From: Clostridia bacterium
GTDB taxonomy: Bacteria; Bacillota; Clostridia; Christensenellales; CAG-138
DNA length: 64,000 nucleotides
Assembly: GCA_017514685.1 (NCBI GenBank)
Contig: JAFWJN010000050.1
Location: 9,836 to 73,835 of the forward strand
Direction: 5' to 3'
The notes below the pieces were generated by a model that was given only the letters and a program-made list of their open reading frames with translations, had not been told where the DNA came from and did not search any database. Of the stretch, positions 18,706-29,215 are shown one piece after another; positions within the stretch are counted from its first letter, which is position 1; every line of letters starts with the position of its first letter. The position numbers and the translations under genes were made by a program.

Positions 18706-20040
18706 TTATTCAGCTTTCTTTATGTTCGTTTTGCGCTTGCGAGCAGGTGCTTTTGCTGTCGTTGCCTTTGGAACCGGGGTATCTGAAGAACTTCTGATCA
18801 GAACGGGCGGAGAAATCTTGCGGATGGTATCTCCGGTGATTTCGCAGGCGGTGACATTGTTCTGTGAAGGAATGTCATACATAATATCGAGCATGACATC
18901 TTCCATGATTGCGCGAAGACCTCTTGCGCCGGTTTTGCGTTCGATTGCCTTTTTTGCAACTTCACGAAGTGCGTCTTCGGTTACGATCAGCTGAACACCG
19001 TCCATTTCAAACAACCGCTGATACTGACGCGTCAAAGCGTTTTTCGGCTCCGTCAGAATTTTGATCAGAGCGGCTTCGTCAAGATTTTCAAGCGTCACGA
19101 TCACAGGAACACGGCCGACAAATTCAGGAATCAGCCCGAATTTCAGAAGGTCTTCCGGAAGAATGTCTTTCAGAACCGTTCCGATATCTTTCTCTTCATA
19201 CTTTTTAATCTCTGCGCCGAAGCCCATCAGCTTTTTGCCGGTACGTTTCTCAATGATCTTATCAATACCGGTGAAGGCGCCACCGACGATAAAGAGAATG
19301 TTCGTCGTGTCAATCTGCAGGCATTCCTGTTGTGGATGCTTACGGCCGCCCTGCGGGGGGACGTTGGCAACAGTGCCTTCCAGAATTTTCAGAAGCGCCT
19401 GCTGTACCCCTTCCCCGGAAACATCCCGGGTGATGGATACATTTTCACCTTTCCGCGCGATTTTATCGATTTCATCGATATAAACAATGCCTGTCTGCGC
19501 GCGGCGGATATCATAATCCGCAGCCTGGATCAGCTTCAGGAGAATGTTTTCAACATCATCTCCGACATAACCTGCTTCCGTGAGAGCTGTAGCATCTGCA
19601 ACAGCAAATGGAACATCCAGAATTTTAGCCAGCGTCTGAGCCAGCATGGTTTTACCGCAGCCGGTCGGTCCGAGCATGATGATGTTGCTTTTCTGAAGTT
19701 CGACATCGTCGTCTTTCTTCTGCGACCGGATTCTTTTATAGTGATTGTAAACAGCAACGGAGAGCGCACGCTTTGCAGCCTGCTGGCCGATAACGTATTC
19801 GTCCAGCTTGGCAACGATCTCAGCGGGCTTCGGAATGTCGGTCAGGGTGACTTCCGGTTCAGCAGAATCGGAAGCAGGATCAAACCGCATATCTTCCTGC
19901 ACGATCTCACGGCAAAGTTCAACGCACTCGTTGCATATATAGGCGTTTGGGCCTGCGATCAGCTTGCGAACCTGACTGCGGGGTTTTCCGCAGAAGCTGC
20001 ATCTGACCTTATCAAAATTATCTCTGTCTCTTGTTGCCAT
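18706..20040 (-). CDS. clpX: ATP-dependent Clp protease ATP-binding subunit ClpX
   Basis: N-terminal zinc finger CSFCGK...CNEC, Walker A GPTGCGKT, and [10 protein letters not shown]. Confidence 0.97.
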   Translation of the reverse strand: MATRDRDNFDKVRCSFCGKPRSQVRKLIAGPNAYICNECVELCREIVQEDMRFDPASDSAEPEVTLTDIPKPAEIVAKLDEYVIGQQAAKRALSVAVYNHYKRIRSQKKDDDVELQKSNIIMLGPTGCGKTMLAQTLAKILDVPFAVADATALTEAGYVGDDVENILLKLIQAADYDIRRAQTGIVYIDEIDKIARKGENVSITRDVSGEGVQQALLKILEGTVANVPPQGGRKHPQQECLQIDTTNILFIVGGAFTGIDKIIEKRTGKKLMGFGAEIKKYEEKDIGTVLKDILPEDLLKFGLIPEFVGRVPVIVTLENLDEAALIKILTEPKNALTRQYQRLFEMDGVQLIVTEDALREVAKKAIERKTGARGLRAIMEDVMLDIMYDIPSQNNVTACEITGDTIRKISPPVLIRSSSDTPVPKATTAKAPARKRKTNIKKAE

Positions 20041-20044
20041 CGGC

Positions 20045-20629
20045 TCACCTCCTGGGCTGAATGATCTCGTCGACCAGCCCGTACTTTAAAGCCTGTTCCG
20101 CATCCATGTAATTATCACGTTCCGTATCTGCCTCGATTACGGAAAGCGGCTGACCTGTCCGATCAGACAGAATCCTGTTCAAACGTTCGCGGATCTTCAG
20201 GATTTGTTCTGCATGAATCCGGATTTCAGTTGCCTGTCCTTGCGCACCGCCGCTCGGCTGGTGAATCATTATTTCCGCGTTGGACAGAGTTTTTCTTTTC
20301 CCTTTCGCTCCTGCGGCAAGAAGAAATGCTCCCATGCTGGCGGCAAGACCGACACAGATGGTCTGGCACTCGCATTTAATGTATTGCATGGTGTCATAGA
20401 TTGCAAGTCCTGCTGAAACAGAACCGCCGGGGCTGTTAATATATAGGAAGATATCCTTGTCCGGGTCTTCTGCTTCCAGGAAAAGCAATTGTGCAATGAC
20501 AAGATTTGCGGTGTCATCATCAATCGGACCGCCGAGAAAAATGATACGGTCCTTCAGAAGACGGGAATAGATGTCATAGGAACGTTCGCCATGACCGGAC
20601 TGTTCAACAACCATAGGGATCAGATTCAT
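20045..20629 (-). CDS. clpP: ATP-dependent Clp protease proteolytic subunit ClpP
   Basis: Starts [30 protein letters not shown]. Catalytic Ser in GLAASMGA and His in MIHQP. Confidence 0.97.
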   Translation of the reverse strand: MNLIPMVVEQSGHGERSYDIYSRLLKDRIIFLGGPIDDDTANLVIAQLLFLEAEDPDKDIFLYINSPGGSVSAGLAIYDTMQYIKCECQTICVGLAASMGAFLLAAGAKGKRKTLSNAEIMIHQPSGGAQGQATEIRIHAEQILKIRERLNRILSDRTGQPLSVIEADTERDNYMDAEQALKYGLVDEIIQPRR

Positions 20630-20693
20630 TTGGAGTTCCTCCTTGTCTTAAGAGTCATGCGATTCCGCGCATGCCGGCTTATTAATCTTTCTT

Positions 20694-21980
20694 TCAAGCT
20701 TCCTCTGTTTCAACGGCGGAATCGGAAAGAAGTTTAACGGCTTTCTCCACCGTTGCGCGTTCTCTCAGATATTCATAGTCACTGTCAGTTAAACGCGCTT
20801 TGAAATCTTCAGTGACCATACCGGTGTCTTCTGCAAATTTGTCAATTTCGGCAGCCAGCTCATCGTCGTTTGCACTCAGGTTTTCGGCTTTGATGATTGC
20901 ATCGATGACAAGCTGCGTTTTCACACGTGCTTCCGCTTCCGGACGGAAGTTCTTGCGCATTTCATCAAGGCTGGTACCAAGATATTTGCAGTAGGTATCC
21001 ATGTCAAGGCCGCTTCCGGAGAGACGGTATTCAAGATCACGGATCATAGATTCCACCTGGTGATCGATCATGACTTCGGGGATTTCGACAGAAGCGTTTG
21101 CAGTGGCGCCATTGATTGCAGCGTTTTCACGGGCTGCAGCAGCGGAACGTTTCTTTTCTTCTGCGAGCTTTTCTTTTTTATCAGCTTTCCAGTCAGCGAT
21201 CGTATCGAATTCGGAAATGTCGCCGATCAGCTCATCATCCAGAGCGGGCAATTCCTTAACCTGCACTTCTTTAACGTTGCAGGCAAAGACCGCTTCCTTA
21301 CCGGCGAGCTCTTTTGCATGGTATTCAGCAGGGAAGGTAACCTGGATATCCTTCTGCTCCCCAGCGGAAACACCGATCAGCTGCTCTTCAAAGCCGGGAA
21401 TAAAAGCATTGGAACCGAGGACGAGCGTCTGGTCTTCCGCTGTACCGCCGTCAAATTTTTCACCGTCTACAGAACCACTATAGTCGAGCAGAAGGCGGTC
21501 GCCGTTTTCTGCGGGACGGTCAACGTTGACAAATCTTGCCTGCTTTTCTCTTTCATCTTCCAATGCCTTGTCAACTTCCTCATCAGTGACCTCAACGACT
21601 GATTTGGGAACCGGAAGACCTTTATATTGGCCGAGGGTAACTTCAGGCTGAAGCTGGACGGTTGCGGTGAATTCCACACCTTCCTTGCCGATGGAGTTGA
21701 TATCCAGGGAAGGCTGATCAACAGGGATCAGATTATGCTCATCAATAGCAGCGTCATAAGCGTTGCCCCACACAGCGTCAAAAGCCTCTTCGTAGAAAAC
21801 GCCTGCGCCGTAATAGTTTTCAATGACTTTCCGGGGGGTTTTCCCTTTGCGGAATCCTTGAACCGTGTAGCGGCTTCCGGTTTTACGGTAGGCTTCCTGA
21901 AGCGCTTTTTCGAATTCCTCCGCGCTTACATTGATGGTCAGTTTTGCCTTGTTTCCTTCCAACATTTCGAATTGTGACAT
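20694..21980 (-). CDS. tig: trigger factor
   Basis: GFRKGKTPRKVIE ribosome-binding motif and a central FKBP PPIase domain. The ATG at 21980 is preceded by AAGGAGA. Forms the conserved tig-clpP-clpX order. Confidence 0.95.
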   Translation of the reverse strand: MSQFEMLEGNKAKLTINVSAEEFEKALQEAYRKTGSRYTVQGFRKGKTPRKVIENYYGAGVFYEEAFDAVWGNAYDAAIDEHNLIPVDQPSLDINSIGKEGVEFTATVQLQPEVTLGQYKGLPVPKSVVEVTDEEVDKALEDEREKQARFVNVDRPAENGDRLLLDYSGSVDGEKFDGGTAEDQTLVLGSNAFIPGFEEQLIGVSAGEQKDIQVTFPAEYHAKELAGKEAVFACNVKEVQVKELPALDDELIGDISEFDTIADWKADKKEKLAEEKKRSAAAARENAAINGATANASVEIPEVMIDHQVESMIRDLEYRLSGSGLDMDTYCKYLGTSLDEMRKNFRPEAEARVKTQLVIDAIIKAENLSANDDELAAEIDKFAEDTGMVTEDFKARLTDSDYEYLRERATVEKAVKLLSDSAVETEEA

Positions 21981-22183
21981 CTTGTTTCTCCTTAATATAT
22001 TATAAATCATTGCGTTTTTTGCATATTACGCCAGTATCTATGTAGTCTACCACAGGCATTTTTTGTTTGCAAGAACTTTTCTTTTATTTCGATAGAATGT
22101 AACAAAGTTTTTGCATTCCCATGATATGATATTCAGCAGAATCGAATTGAAAGCAAGGAACCCGATGCAGGGAGCCGATAACC

Positions 22184-22212
22184 TTGACCATGTTCCATTT
22201 CTATGGTAGGAT
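22184..22212 (+). promoter_or_regulatory. candidate promoter for dagK
   Basis: -35 TTGACC, 17-nt spacer, TG-extended -10 TGgTAGGAT. Confidence 0.4.
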
Positions 22213-22243
22213 ATGTGAGTAAAAATGTATCGAGGATTGAAAA

Positions 22244-23131
22244 ATGGCGGATATATGTTTGATCACGAACCCGACAGCGAAAAGCGGGGAAGCTGTAAAT
22301 GCGGTAAAGAAAGTATGCGAGCATCTTGAAAAAAGAGGAGCAGACTTTGCTGTATGGGAAACAGAATACCCGGGGCACGCAACAGAACTGGCAAAAGAAG
22401 CAGTCCGGGAAGGTTATAAACTTATCGTTTCGGTCGGAGGCGATGGAACGCTGAGGGAAACGGCGCTGGGTGTTGCCCAGACAGACGCCGTTCTAGGCGT
22501 GATTGCCTGCGGAACGGGAAATGATTTTGTCCGAACAATGAAGATTCCGACGGACCTGGAAAAAGCGGCGGATGTATTGCTGGACGGAGAAGACAGAATC
22601 ATAGACGCAGGAATGGCGAATGGAGAAATGTTTTTCAACGCTGCGGGATTCGGATTCGATGTTGATGTTCTGGATTATACCGAATTCTATAAACCGAAGT
22701 GCAAAAACGGCAGTACGGCATACCTTCGTGGATTGGCAAGAGCCTTGCTGAAGTTGCAGCTGAGAAAAGCTAAAATCACTTTCCCGGATGGGACAATTGA
22801 AAAAAATGTTCTGCTGGTTGCAGCGGGAAACGGACGGTTTTATGGCGGAGGGATTGAAGTGACTCCGGATGCGGATCCGTCAGATGGCTATCTGGACATC
22901 TGCATTGTCCATGATGTGAACTATTTCAAAGTTCCGAAGATTCTTCCCAGATTTCTGAAAGGAAAGCATCTCGGTTTGAAAGAAGTTACCTATCGCAAAG
23001 AAAAGACGGTTTCAATTGAATGCGAACCGGAGTCCAGAATCCAGGTTGACGGAGAAAGGATGCCCGGAACACCTGTTACGTTCCGGATTGTTGAAAAGGC
23101 GTTAAAAATCAGAGTACCAAAGACTGAGTAA
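22244..23131 (+). CDS. diacylglycerol/lipid kinase (YegS/DagK family)
   Basis: Starts NPTAKSG and contains the VGGDGTLRE (GGDGT) motif. 295 aa. Confidence 0.88.
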   Translation: MADICLITNPTAKSGEAVNAVKKVCEHLEKRGADFAVWETEYPGHATELAKEAVREGYKLIVSVGGDGTLRETALGVAQTDAVLGVIACGTGNDFVRTMKIPTDLEKAADVLLDGEDRIIDAGMANGEMFFNAAGFGFDVDVLDYTEFYKPKCKNGSTAYLRGLARALLKLQLRKAKITFPDGTIEKNVLLVAAGNGRFYGGGIEVTPDADPSDGYLDICIVHDVNYFKVPKILPRFLKGKHLGLKEVTYRKEKTVSIECEPESRIQVDGERMPGTPVTFRIVEKALKIRVPKTE

Positions 23132-23155
23132 GGTACATAAAAAAGGGTACTGTCG

Positions 23156-24361
23156 TTGAGAGATTTCTGGAGAAAGATAAAAGCATATCTGCGGAAAAGC
23201 GCATCCGTTGAGGTAAAGATCGGACAAATGACCGTTACCCGCCTCACTATTTTTGGTATCGCCGCTGCGATCGTTGTTTTCGGGCTTGTTTTTCTGCTCT
23301 ATATGGTTTACGGAAACAAAGAAGTCAGCCTGAATCTGGAGCGGACGGATATGGAACCCGGACATGCTTACAGAATCAATGATGGCGTTGTGTTCTATGA
23401 TACTTCCAGCAGTTATATCTCGCTGAAACCTGCGGAGTCTGCAAGAGTGACTACTTCCAACGCTCTCGTCACCGCAGACGGTTATGATATTTCTTCCACG
23501 ACAAAAGTCGTATTTCTTGGGAGTTCCGCACAGATCATCGGACCGGAACATGAACAGGATGAGTTCGTCCTGGAAGGCGGGGGAAGAATTCTGTCTGCCA
23601 GAGCAGGAAGACGCCACGCAGCACTTTTATACCGGAATCAATACGGGGATTCGCGTATCTCGATTATGAATTCGACAACAAAAGATCCCCAGGTGGATGC
23701 AACGGTCCCGATAACAGGCGGCGAGGTTGTAGCATTTGGCTTTTTGCAATTGAATGATAATACGGAATATCTTTGGGTTTCCACAATGGACATCAATCAG
23801 TTTTCAGAAGAATCCATGGTACGTGTTTATAATTGCGACAACAATGGTGCCCTGATATTCTATTCCACTTCGTTTTATAACCAAACGATTAAAAATGCGC
23901 TGCTGACACCAAGGTGCCTGTATCTGATCGGTTCACAGGATATCATACGATATGACAGGACGGATGACGGCTTTTCTTCAGAACGTGCCAGGGTCAGTAT
24001 CTATGGGAGCACCGTTCTTGACTGCAGACAGTCTGCAGACAGTGAAAGCGCCTATTTTATCACGATACCTGTGACGGCAGAAACAGAAAAAACACATATC
24101 TGCAGGCTTTTAACAGTATCACAGTCGGATGAGGAGTGGGCGACTGTTCTTCAGCAATTCATGTCCTCTCCGATTGTTGGCGCGTTTCTGCGAGAAGATA
24201 AAGTGTGCGTCGTAACAGAAAAAACCTATGAAGAATATTCCTATGCGGGAAAACAATCCTTGTCGCTGGAGTTTGAGGAAACCCCGGACAAGGTCGTTAA
24301 GTATGCGGATGGGTTTTTCCTTGCCACTCCGACGGCCTGTTACCGTGTAACGGTAGAATAA
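23156..24361 (+). CDS. hypothetical membrane-anchored protein (single N-terminal TM, beta-rich ectodomain)
   Basis: TM segment LTIFGIAAAIVVFGLVFLLYMV. No enzymatic motif recognised. TTG start at 23156; an alternative ATG lies at 23228. Confidence 0.55.
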   Translation: MRDFWRKIKAYLRKSASVEVKIGQMTVTRLTIFGIAAAIVVFGLVFLLYMVYGNKEVSLNLERTDMEPGHAYRINDGVVFYDTSSSYISLKPAESARVTTSNALVTADGYDISSTTKVVFLGSSAQIIGPEHEQDEFVLEGGGRILSARAGRRHAALLYRNQYGDSRISIMNSTTKDPQVDATVPITGGEVVAFGFLQLNDNTEYLWVSTMDINQFSEESMVRVYNCDNNGALIFYSTSFYNQTIKNALLTPRCLYLIGSQDIIRYDRTDDGFSSERARVSIYGSTVLDCRQSADSESAYFITIPVTAETEKTHICRLLTVSQSDEEWATVLQQFMSSPIVGAFLREDKVCVVTEKTYEEYSYAGKQSLSLEFEETPDKVVKYADGFFLATPTACYRVTVE

Positions 24362-24382
24362 TTAAGGAAAGGAGCCGACCTC

Positions 24383-25084
24383 ATGATAGATGTGGCAATA
24401 CTGATCGTTTTTATCCTCTGTATTCTGGCAGGTTATTACAGAGGAACGATTTATGCAGCGATCAACATCGGAATAACGGTGCTTTCCTTCTTTTTAGCGC
24501 TGCTAATGGTTCCGGCAGCTGCCGGAATCGTCAAAAAGTCCGATACGCTCTACAAAGGCATGCTTTATTATTTTGAAGGATATGAGTATATCAGTGCTTC
24601 CAGCGTGGAACGTGTTCATGATATTGCAACGGCAACCCCGGATGAGGAACTCGATTATCTGATAGAGAATGCCAATATGCCCCTTCCTTTTGGCAAAGCG
24701 GTCTGGAAGAACATCCATGGACTGGCATATGCGAAAAAAGGCATCGTCACGCTGGGGGATTATTTTAATCAGACAATCGTAGACGTTGTAATCAATATTC
24801 TATCGCTGCTGCTGCTGTTTATCATTATTCGGCTTGCAATAGGCTGGGCATTGTCGGCGGCTGATTTTTCGGTTGGAGGGCTGCCCGTCATGAAAAGGTA
24901 TGACGCGCTTTTTTCCTGCGGAATCGGTTTTTTACACGGAGTGGTTCTGCTCTACATAATTTTTTTGATCGTACCGGTCGTACTGGCGGTAGTTCCGCGA
25001 ATCGGCAATTATCTCGAAGCGTCTAAACTCGGCGGATTCTTCTATCATATGAATCCATTGCTCTGGATGATTCCAACAACTTAA
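24383..25084 (+). CDS. CvpA-family membrane protein
   Basis: Starts MIDVAILIVFILCILAGYYRG, the CvpA-type N-terminus. Polytopic, with RBS GGAAAGGAG. Confidence 0.7.
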   Translation: MIDVAILIVFILCILAGYYRGTIYAAINIGITVLSFFLALLMVPAAAGIVKKSDTLYKGMLYYFEGYEYISASSVERVHDIATATPDEELDYLIENANMPLPFGKAVWKNIHGLAYAKKGIVTLGDYFNQTIVDVVINILSLLLLFIIIRLAIGWALSAADFSVGGLPVMKRYDALFSCGIGFLHGVVLLYIIFLIVPVVLAVVPRIGNYLEASKLGGFFYHMNPLLWMIPTT

Positions 25085-25122
25085 CGGCACAACACACAAG
25101 AAACAAATAAGGAGACAGAAAC

Positions 25123-26034
25123 ATGTTAGACGTTGCTATCATCGGGGCAGGACCTGCCGGACTTACTGCTGCATTGTACGCTGCGCGCGGGGGAGCTTCC
25201 GTGCGCCTGTTCGAGGAATTATTTCCCGGAGGACAGATCGTAAAAACACATCGGGTTGAGAATTATCCCGGAATGTCAGACGGCCCGGACGGGTATGAAC
25301 TTGCTGCCCGGTTTGAAAAACATACTGCCCAGTTCGGTGTTACAGCAGAGTATACCGCTGTCAAGCAGCTTATTCTTTCGGATTCCCAAAAGGAAATTAT
25401 CCTTTCGTCAGGTGAAACCATTGAGACCAAAACGGTGATTTTAGCAATGGGGGCCTCTCCGCGGCCACTAGGGATTCCCGGAGAAAAAGAGCTGCTGAAT
25501 CATGGAATTTCATATTGCGCAACCTGCGACGGAGCGTTTTTCAGAGGAAGAACCGCATCTGTCATCGGAGGCGGGGATACGGCGATTTCCGACGCATTAT
25601 ATCTTTCCAAACTGTGCAAAAAAGTATATGTCATCCATCGCCGCGATGAACTTCGCGCGAGCGCGATTCTGGCAGATGCCGCAAAGAACACGGAGAATAT
25701 TGAGTTTGTCTTTAACAGCATACCGGAGGAATTTCTGGGAGAAAAGAATCTTTCGGGAATCCGTCTCCGCAACACCAAAACAGGCGAACTTTCCGTTCTG
25801 GAAACAGACGGTGCGTTTATCGCTGTCGGAATCATACCCAGAACAGATCTGGTTCAGGGGCAGATTAAACTGGCCCCGAACGGATCCATTGAAACGGATG
25901 AACATATGGAAACAAGCGTAAAAGGCGTATTTGCAGCCGGGGACATCCGGAACACGCCTCTCAGACAGGTTGTAATGGCCTGCGCCGATGGGGCGGTTGC
26001 CGCTTCATATGCGATTGAGGCGGGAAGACAATGA
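25123..26034 (+). CDS. trxB: thioredoxin-disulfide reductase
   Basis: GAGPAG FAD motif, CATCDG redox-active site, GGGDTA NADPH motif and the C-terminal GDIR sequence. Confidence 0.95.
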   Translation: MLDVAIIGAGPAGLTAALYAARGGASVRLFEELFPGGQIVKTHRVENYPGMSDGPDGYELAARFEKHTAQFGVTAEYTAVKQLILSDSQKEIILSSGETIETKTVILAMGASPRPLGIPGEKELLNHGISYCATCDGAFFRGRTASVIGGGDTAISDALYLSKLCKKVYVIHRRDELRASAILADAAKNTENIEFVFNSIPEEFLGEKNLSGIRLRNTKTGELSVLETDGAFIAVGIIPRTDLVQGQIKLAPNGSIETDEHMETSVKGVFAAGDIRNTPLRQVVMACADGAVAASYAIEAGRQ

Positions 26035-26666
26035 TGCTGACAAAGGAAAAACAGAAAACGGCTCTCCGCCTGCTGAAAGAATCCTATCCGGATGCAAAAC
26101 CTGCGCTGCATTTCAGTTCACCCTTTGAATTGCTGGTTGCAACAATGCTTTCCGCACAGTGCACGGATAAACAAGTGAACAAAGTCACAGACGTATTGTT
26201 TAAGAAATACAATACTGCAGAGGCGTTTTCCCAGATCGATTATGAAACGCTGGAACCGTTTATTCACAGTTGCGGCTTTTTCCGGATGAAAGGTCATAAT
26301 ATTCTTGCAATGAGCAGGATATTAACGGAAAAATACGGAGGAGAAGTTCCCCAAACAAGGGAGGAATTGACGGCACTTCCGGGCGTCGGGAGAAAAACGG
26401 CGAATGTTGTTCTATCCAATGCGTTCGGGATTCCGGCGATCGCGGTGGATACGCACGTGTTCCGTGTCAGCAACCGGATCGGGCTGGCGGAAGCAAATGA
26501 TGTGGAAAAGACAGAACAGCAGCTGATGGAAAATATTCCGGAAGAAGACTGGTCTGCTGCGCACCATTGGCTGATTTATCACGGAAGATTGGTTTGTGCG
26601 GCACAGAAGCCAAAGTGTGAAGAATGCACCCTGAGGGAGGTTTGCGATTTTGCAGTTCATCGATAA
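26031..26666 (+). CDS. nth: endonuclease III
   Basis: HhH-GPD motif LPGVGRKTANVV and the C-terminal 4Fe-4S ligand pattern CAAQKPKCEECTLREVC. Confidence 0.93.
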   Translation: MMLTKEKQKTALRLLKESYPDAKPALHFSSPFELLVATMLSAQCTDKQVNKVTDVLFKKYNTAEAFSQIDYETLEPFIHSCGFFRMKGHNILAMSRILTEKYGGEVPQTREELTALPGVGRKTANVVLSNAFGIPAIAVDTHVFRVSNRIGLAEANDVEKTEQQLMENIPEEDWSAAHHWLIYHGRLVCAAQKPKCEECTLREVCDFAVHR

Positions 26667-27918
26667 AACAAGCATATATATTAAGGCGGGAAACGGCGGA
26701 AACGGATGCGCGGCATTTCACCGTGAAAAATACGTCAACAAAGGCGGCCCGTCCGGCGGAGACGGAGGAAAAGGCGGAAGCATCATTTTTGTGGCGGATC
26801 CGCAGGACAATACGCTGCTTGCCTTTAAGAAAACTGTTCATTTCCGCGCGGAAAACGGTGAGAACGGCCGTCCGGAGTTACAGCATGGCAAGGATGGAAA
26901 GGATCTCTATATTCGCGTACCGGTCGGGACGATCGTAAGAGATATCGAAACAGGCGGTATCTTGGCGGACATGAGTGAGCCCGGTAAGGAAAAGACGGTT
27001 CTTCGGGGAGGACGCGGAGGAAAAGGAAACGCACGGTTCGCAACACCGACGCATCAGTCTCCAAGATTTGCACAGAACGGGGTCAAAACAGAAGAACGGC
27101 GTGTAGAGCTGGAACTGAAAACAATCGCCGACGTCGGGATAATAGGATTCCCGTCGGTAGGGAAAAGTACGATTCTATCGGTTTTAACCAGCGCAAAGCC
27201 GAAAATCGCAGCTTATCATTTCACAACACTGACACCGAATCTCGGTGTGGCGGAAAGGCATGGACATGCGTTTGTTCTGGCAGATATTCCGGGACTGATT
27301 GAAGGCGCGGCAGAAGGCGCGGGACTCGGACATGATTTTTTAAGACACATCGAGCGTACAAGAATGCTGGTTCATGTTCTGGATGCCTCCGGATGCGAAA
27401 TGCGCGATCCGTTGGAGGATTATCAGAAGATCAACGCGGAACTGGCAGGTTTTTCGGAAACTTTGGCTGCGCTCCCTCAAATCGTATGCTGCAACAAAAT
27501 GGATCTGCCGGATGCGGAAGAGAATCTGATTCGGATACGGAAAGCACTCGAACCGGAAGGGATTTCCGTGTTCGGTGTTTCTGCGGCTACGGTAAGCGGA
27601 TTTGATGAAATGCTGGATTGCATTATCGCAAAGCTTGACACACTGCCGCCGGTTCGGGTTTATGATGAAGCAGAACTTGAGATCGGAACTGCGGAGACCG
27701 GCTTTACAGTCCGGAAAGAAGAAACCGGGATCTATGTTGTGGAAGGCGGAGATGTTGACCGGCTGCTTGATACAACGGATCCGGAAGATGAGACTTCCAT
27801 GAGACGTTTTCAGCAGCTTCTGATCAAAACCGGGATTATCGCAGCGCTGAGAGAAATGGGAGCAAAGGACGGCGACACGATCGTTCTTGGAGAATGGGAC
27901 TTTGAATTTACTGAATAA
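26650..27918 (+). CDS. obg: GTPase Obg
   Basis: N-terminus (TTG)QFIDKTSIYIKAGNGGNGCAAFHREKY with Gly-rich Obg fold. G1 GFPSVGKST, G3 DIPGLIEGA, and a C-terminal OCT domain. 17-nt overlap with nth. Confidence 0.95.
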   Translation: MQFIDKTSIYIKAGNGGNGCAAFHREKYVNKGGPSGGDGGKGGSIIFVADPQDNTLLAFKKTVHFRAENGENGRPELQHGKDGKDLYIRVPVGTIVRDIETGGILADMSEPGKEKTVLRGGRGGKGNARFATPTHQSPRFAQNGVKTEERRVELELKTIADVGIIGFPSVGKSTILSVLTSAKPKIAAYHFTTLTPNLGVAERHGHAFVLADIPGLIEGAAEGAGLGHDFLRHIERTRMLVHVLDASGCEMRDPLEDYQKINAELAGFSETLAALPQIVCCNKMDLPDAEENLIRIRKALEPEGISVFGVSAATVSGFDEMLDCIIAKLDTLPPVRVYDEAELEIGTAETGFTVRKEETGIYVVEGGDVDRLLDTTDPEDETSMRRFQQLLIKTGIIAALREMGAKDGDTIVLGEWDFEFTE

Positions 27919-27936
27919 AGAGATAGGAGAAATCAT

Positions 27937-28212
27937 ATGACAGGAAAAGAACGCGCGGAATGGCGTAAACAGGCAAATACGTTATCTGCGATTTTCCAAA
28001 TCGGAAAAGACAATATTACGCAGCCGCTGATAGAAGCAGTGGATGCCGCTCTCAAAAAAAGAGAACTGATCAAACTCAGCGTTCTGGAAACGAGCGAACT
28101 TTCCGCAAAGGAAGCTGCAGGCATGCTTGCTGAAGCAACAGGCGCAGACATAATTCAGTGTATCGGAAAAAAATTTGTCCTTTACCGGCCGAAACCGGAG
28201 GAAGAAGCGTAA
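27937..28212 (+). CDS. yhbY: YhbY-family (CRM domain) RNA-binding protein
   Basis: LTGKERAEWRKQANTL..IFQIGK.....L......AL..RELIK pattern. 91 aa, directly after obg. Confidence 0.8.
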   Translation: MTGKERAEWRKQANTLSAIFQIGKDNITQPLIEAVDAALKKRELIKLSVLETSELSAKEAAGMLAEATGADIIQCIGKKFVLYRPKPEEEA

Positions 28213-28253
28213 AGAGCGGTTTCACATTTTGTCATAAAAAAGTTCATTTTCAT

Positions 28254-28284
28254 GTGACAACTTTTACGTGATACATGGTATACT
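28254..28284 (+). promoter_or_regulatory. candidate promoter for cdaA-cdaR
   Basis: GTGACA, a rather long 19-nt spacer, then TG-extended -10 TGgTATACT (28276-84). Confidence 0.4.
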
Positions 28285-28339
28285 ATCATAAAGAAGCAGG
28301 CTCATTGAACCTACAGTAATCTGAACTGAGGAAAGCAGA

Positions 28340-29215
28340 ATGACGGAAGTTCAAGACATATTCCGCACCATATTGAATGTATTCCGGCAACCCAGCGGAA
28401 TCGCAAGTGTAATTGTCGATATACTGATCATTACGTTTTTGGTGTACAAACTTCTAAAATACACAAAGGGCACGCGCGCCTATGAGGTCATGAAAGGCGT
28501 CGGGCTTTTGTTTGTATTATCTATTATATTCAGGCTCCTTGGATTGAACACAATCACCTGGGTTCTGGACGGAATCCTGTCAAGCGGTACGATTTTCGTG
28601 ATCCTGTTTATTTTGTTTACTCCGGAGCTGCGCAGATTCCTGGAACGTCTCGGAAGTACCAGTAAACGTTTCGGGCGCAGGATCGGCGAAGCGGATATTG
28701 AAAAGGAGCAGCTGGTACTCGATCTGCAGAGAACGGTGATGCGGCTTTCGCGCAGACGTATCGGTGCGCTGATTGTTTTCGAACAGAAAACCGGACTGGA
28801 AGATATTGCATCGACCGGAACCAGACTTGATGCGGTCCTTTCCGGTGCTCTGATCGAAAATATCTTTGAGCCCAAAACTCCGCTGCATGACGGAGCGGTT
28901 ATTGTTCGCGATACAACGATAACAGCAGCAGCCTGTCTGCTTCCGCTGTCTGACGATCCGAAAGTAGCCCGCGAACTGGGAACACGACATCGTGCGGCGA
29001 TCGGCTGTTCTGCCGCCTCTGACTGTGTGGTTCTGGTGGTATCCGAAGAGACGGGAGCTATTTCTGTCGCGAAAGAAGGGAAACTGATCCGTTATCTGGA
29101 TGAGCAGGCACTCAGTTCTGTTCTGGAAGGTCTTCTTCTGAACAGATCCGGCCTTTTCCCCTGGAACAGGGGAAGAGCTGAGCGCAAAGGAAAAGGAGGC
29201 GGAAAATATGAATAA
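28340..29215 (+). CDS. cdaA: diadenylate cyclase CdaA
   Basis: Three N-terminal TM helices and a DAC domain with the DGA (HDGAVIV) and RHR (GTRHRAA) motifs. Confidence 0.93.
   Translation: MTEVQDIFRTILNVFRQPSGIASVIVDILIITFLVYKLLKYTKGTRAYEVMKGVGLLFVLSIIFRLLGLNTITWVLDGILSSGTIFVILFILFTPELRRFLERLGSTSKRFGRRIGEADIEKEQLVLDLQRTVMRLSRRRIGALIVFEQKTGLEDIASTGTRLDAVLSGALIENIFEPKTPLHDGAVIVRDTTITAAACLLPLSDDPKVARELGTRHRAAIGCSAASDCVVLVVSEETGAISVAKEGKLIRYLDEQALSSVLEGLLLNRSGLFPWNRGRAERKGKGGGKYE

Noticed and set aside
20630-20693. Searched the tig-clpP spacer and clp upstream regions for CtsR operators (GGTCAAA repeats) or CIRCE.
   Set aside because: No such repeats are present. There is only a weak 6-bp hairpin (CATGCG/CGCATG).
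21985-22015. AT-rich string CTCCTTAATATATTATAAATCAT, with loose resemblance to a Firmicutes dif (XerCD) site.
   Set aside because: The XerD-arm match (TTATGTAAACT) is poor and the central spacing is off. The sequence is simply the tig RBS and leader.
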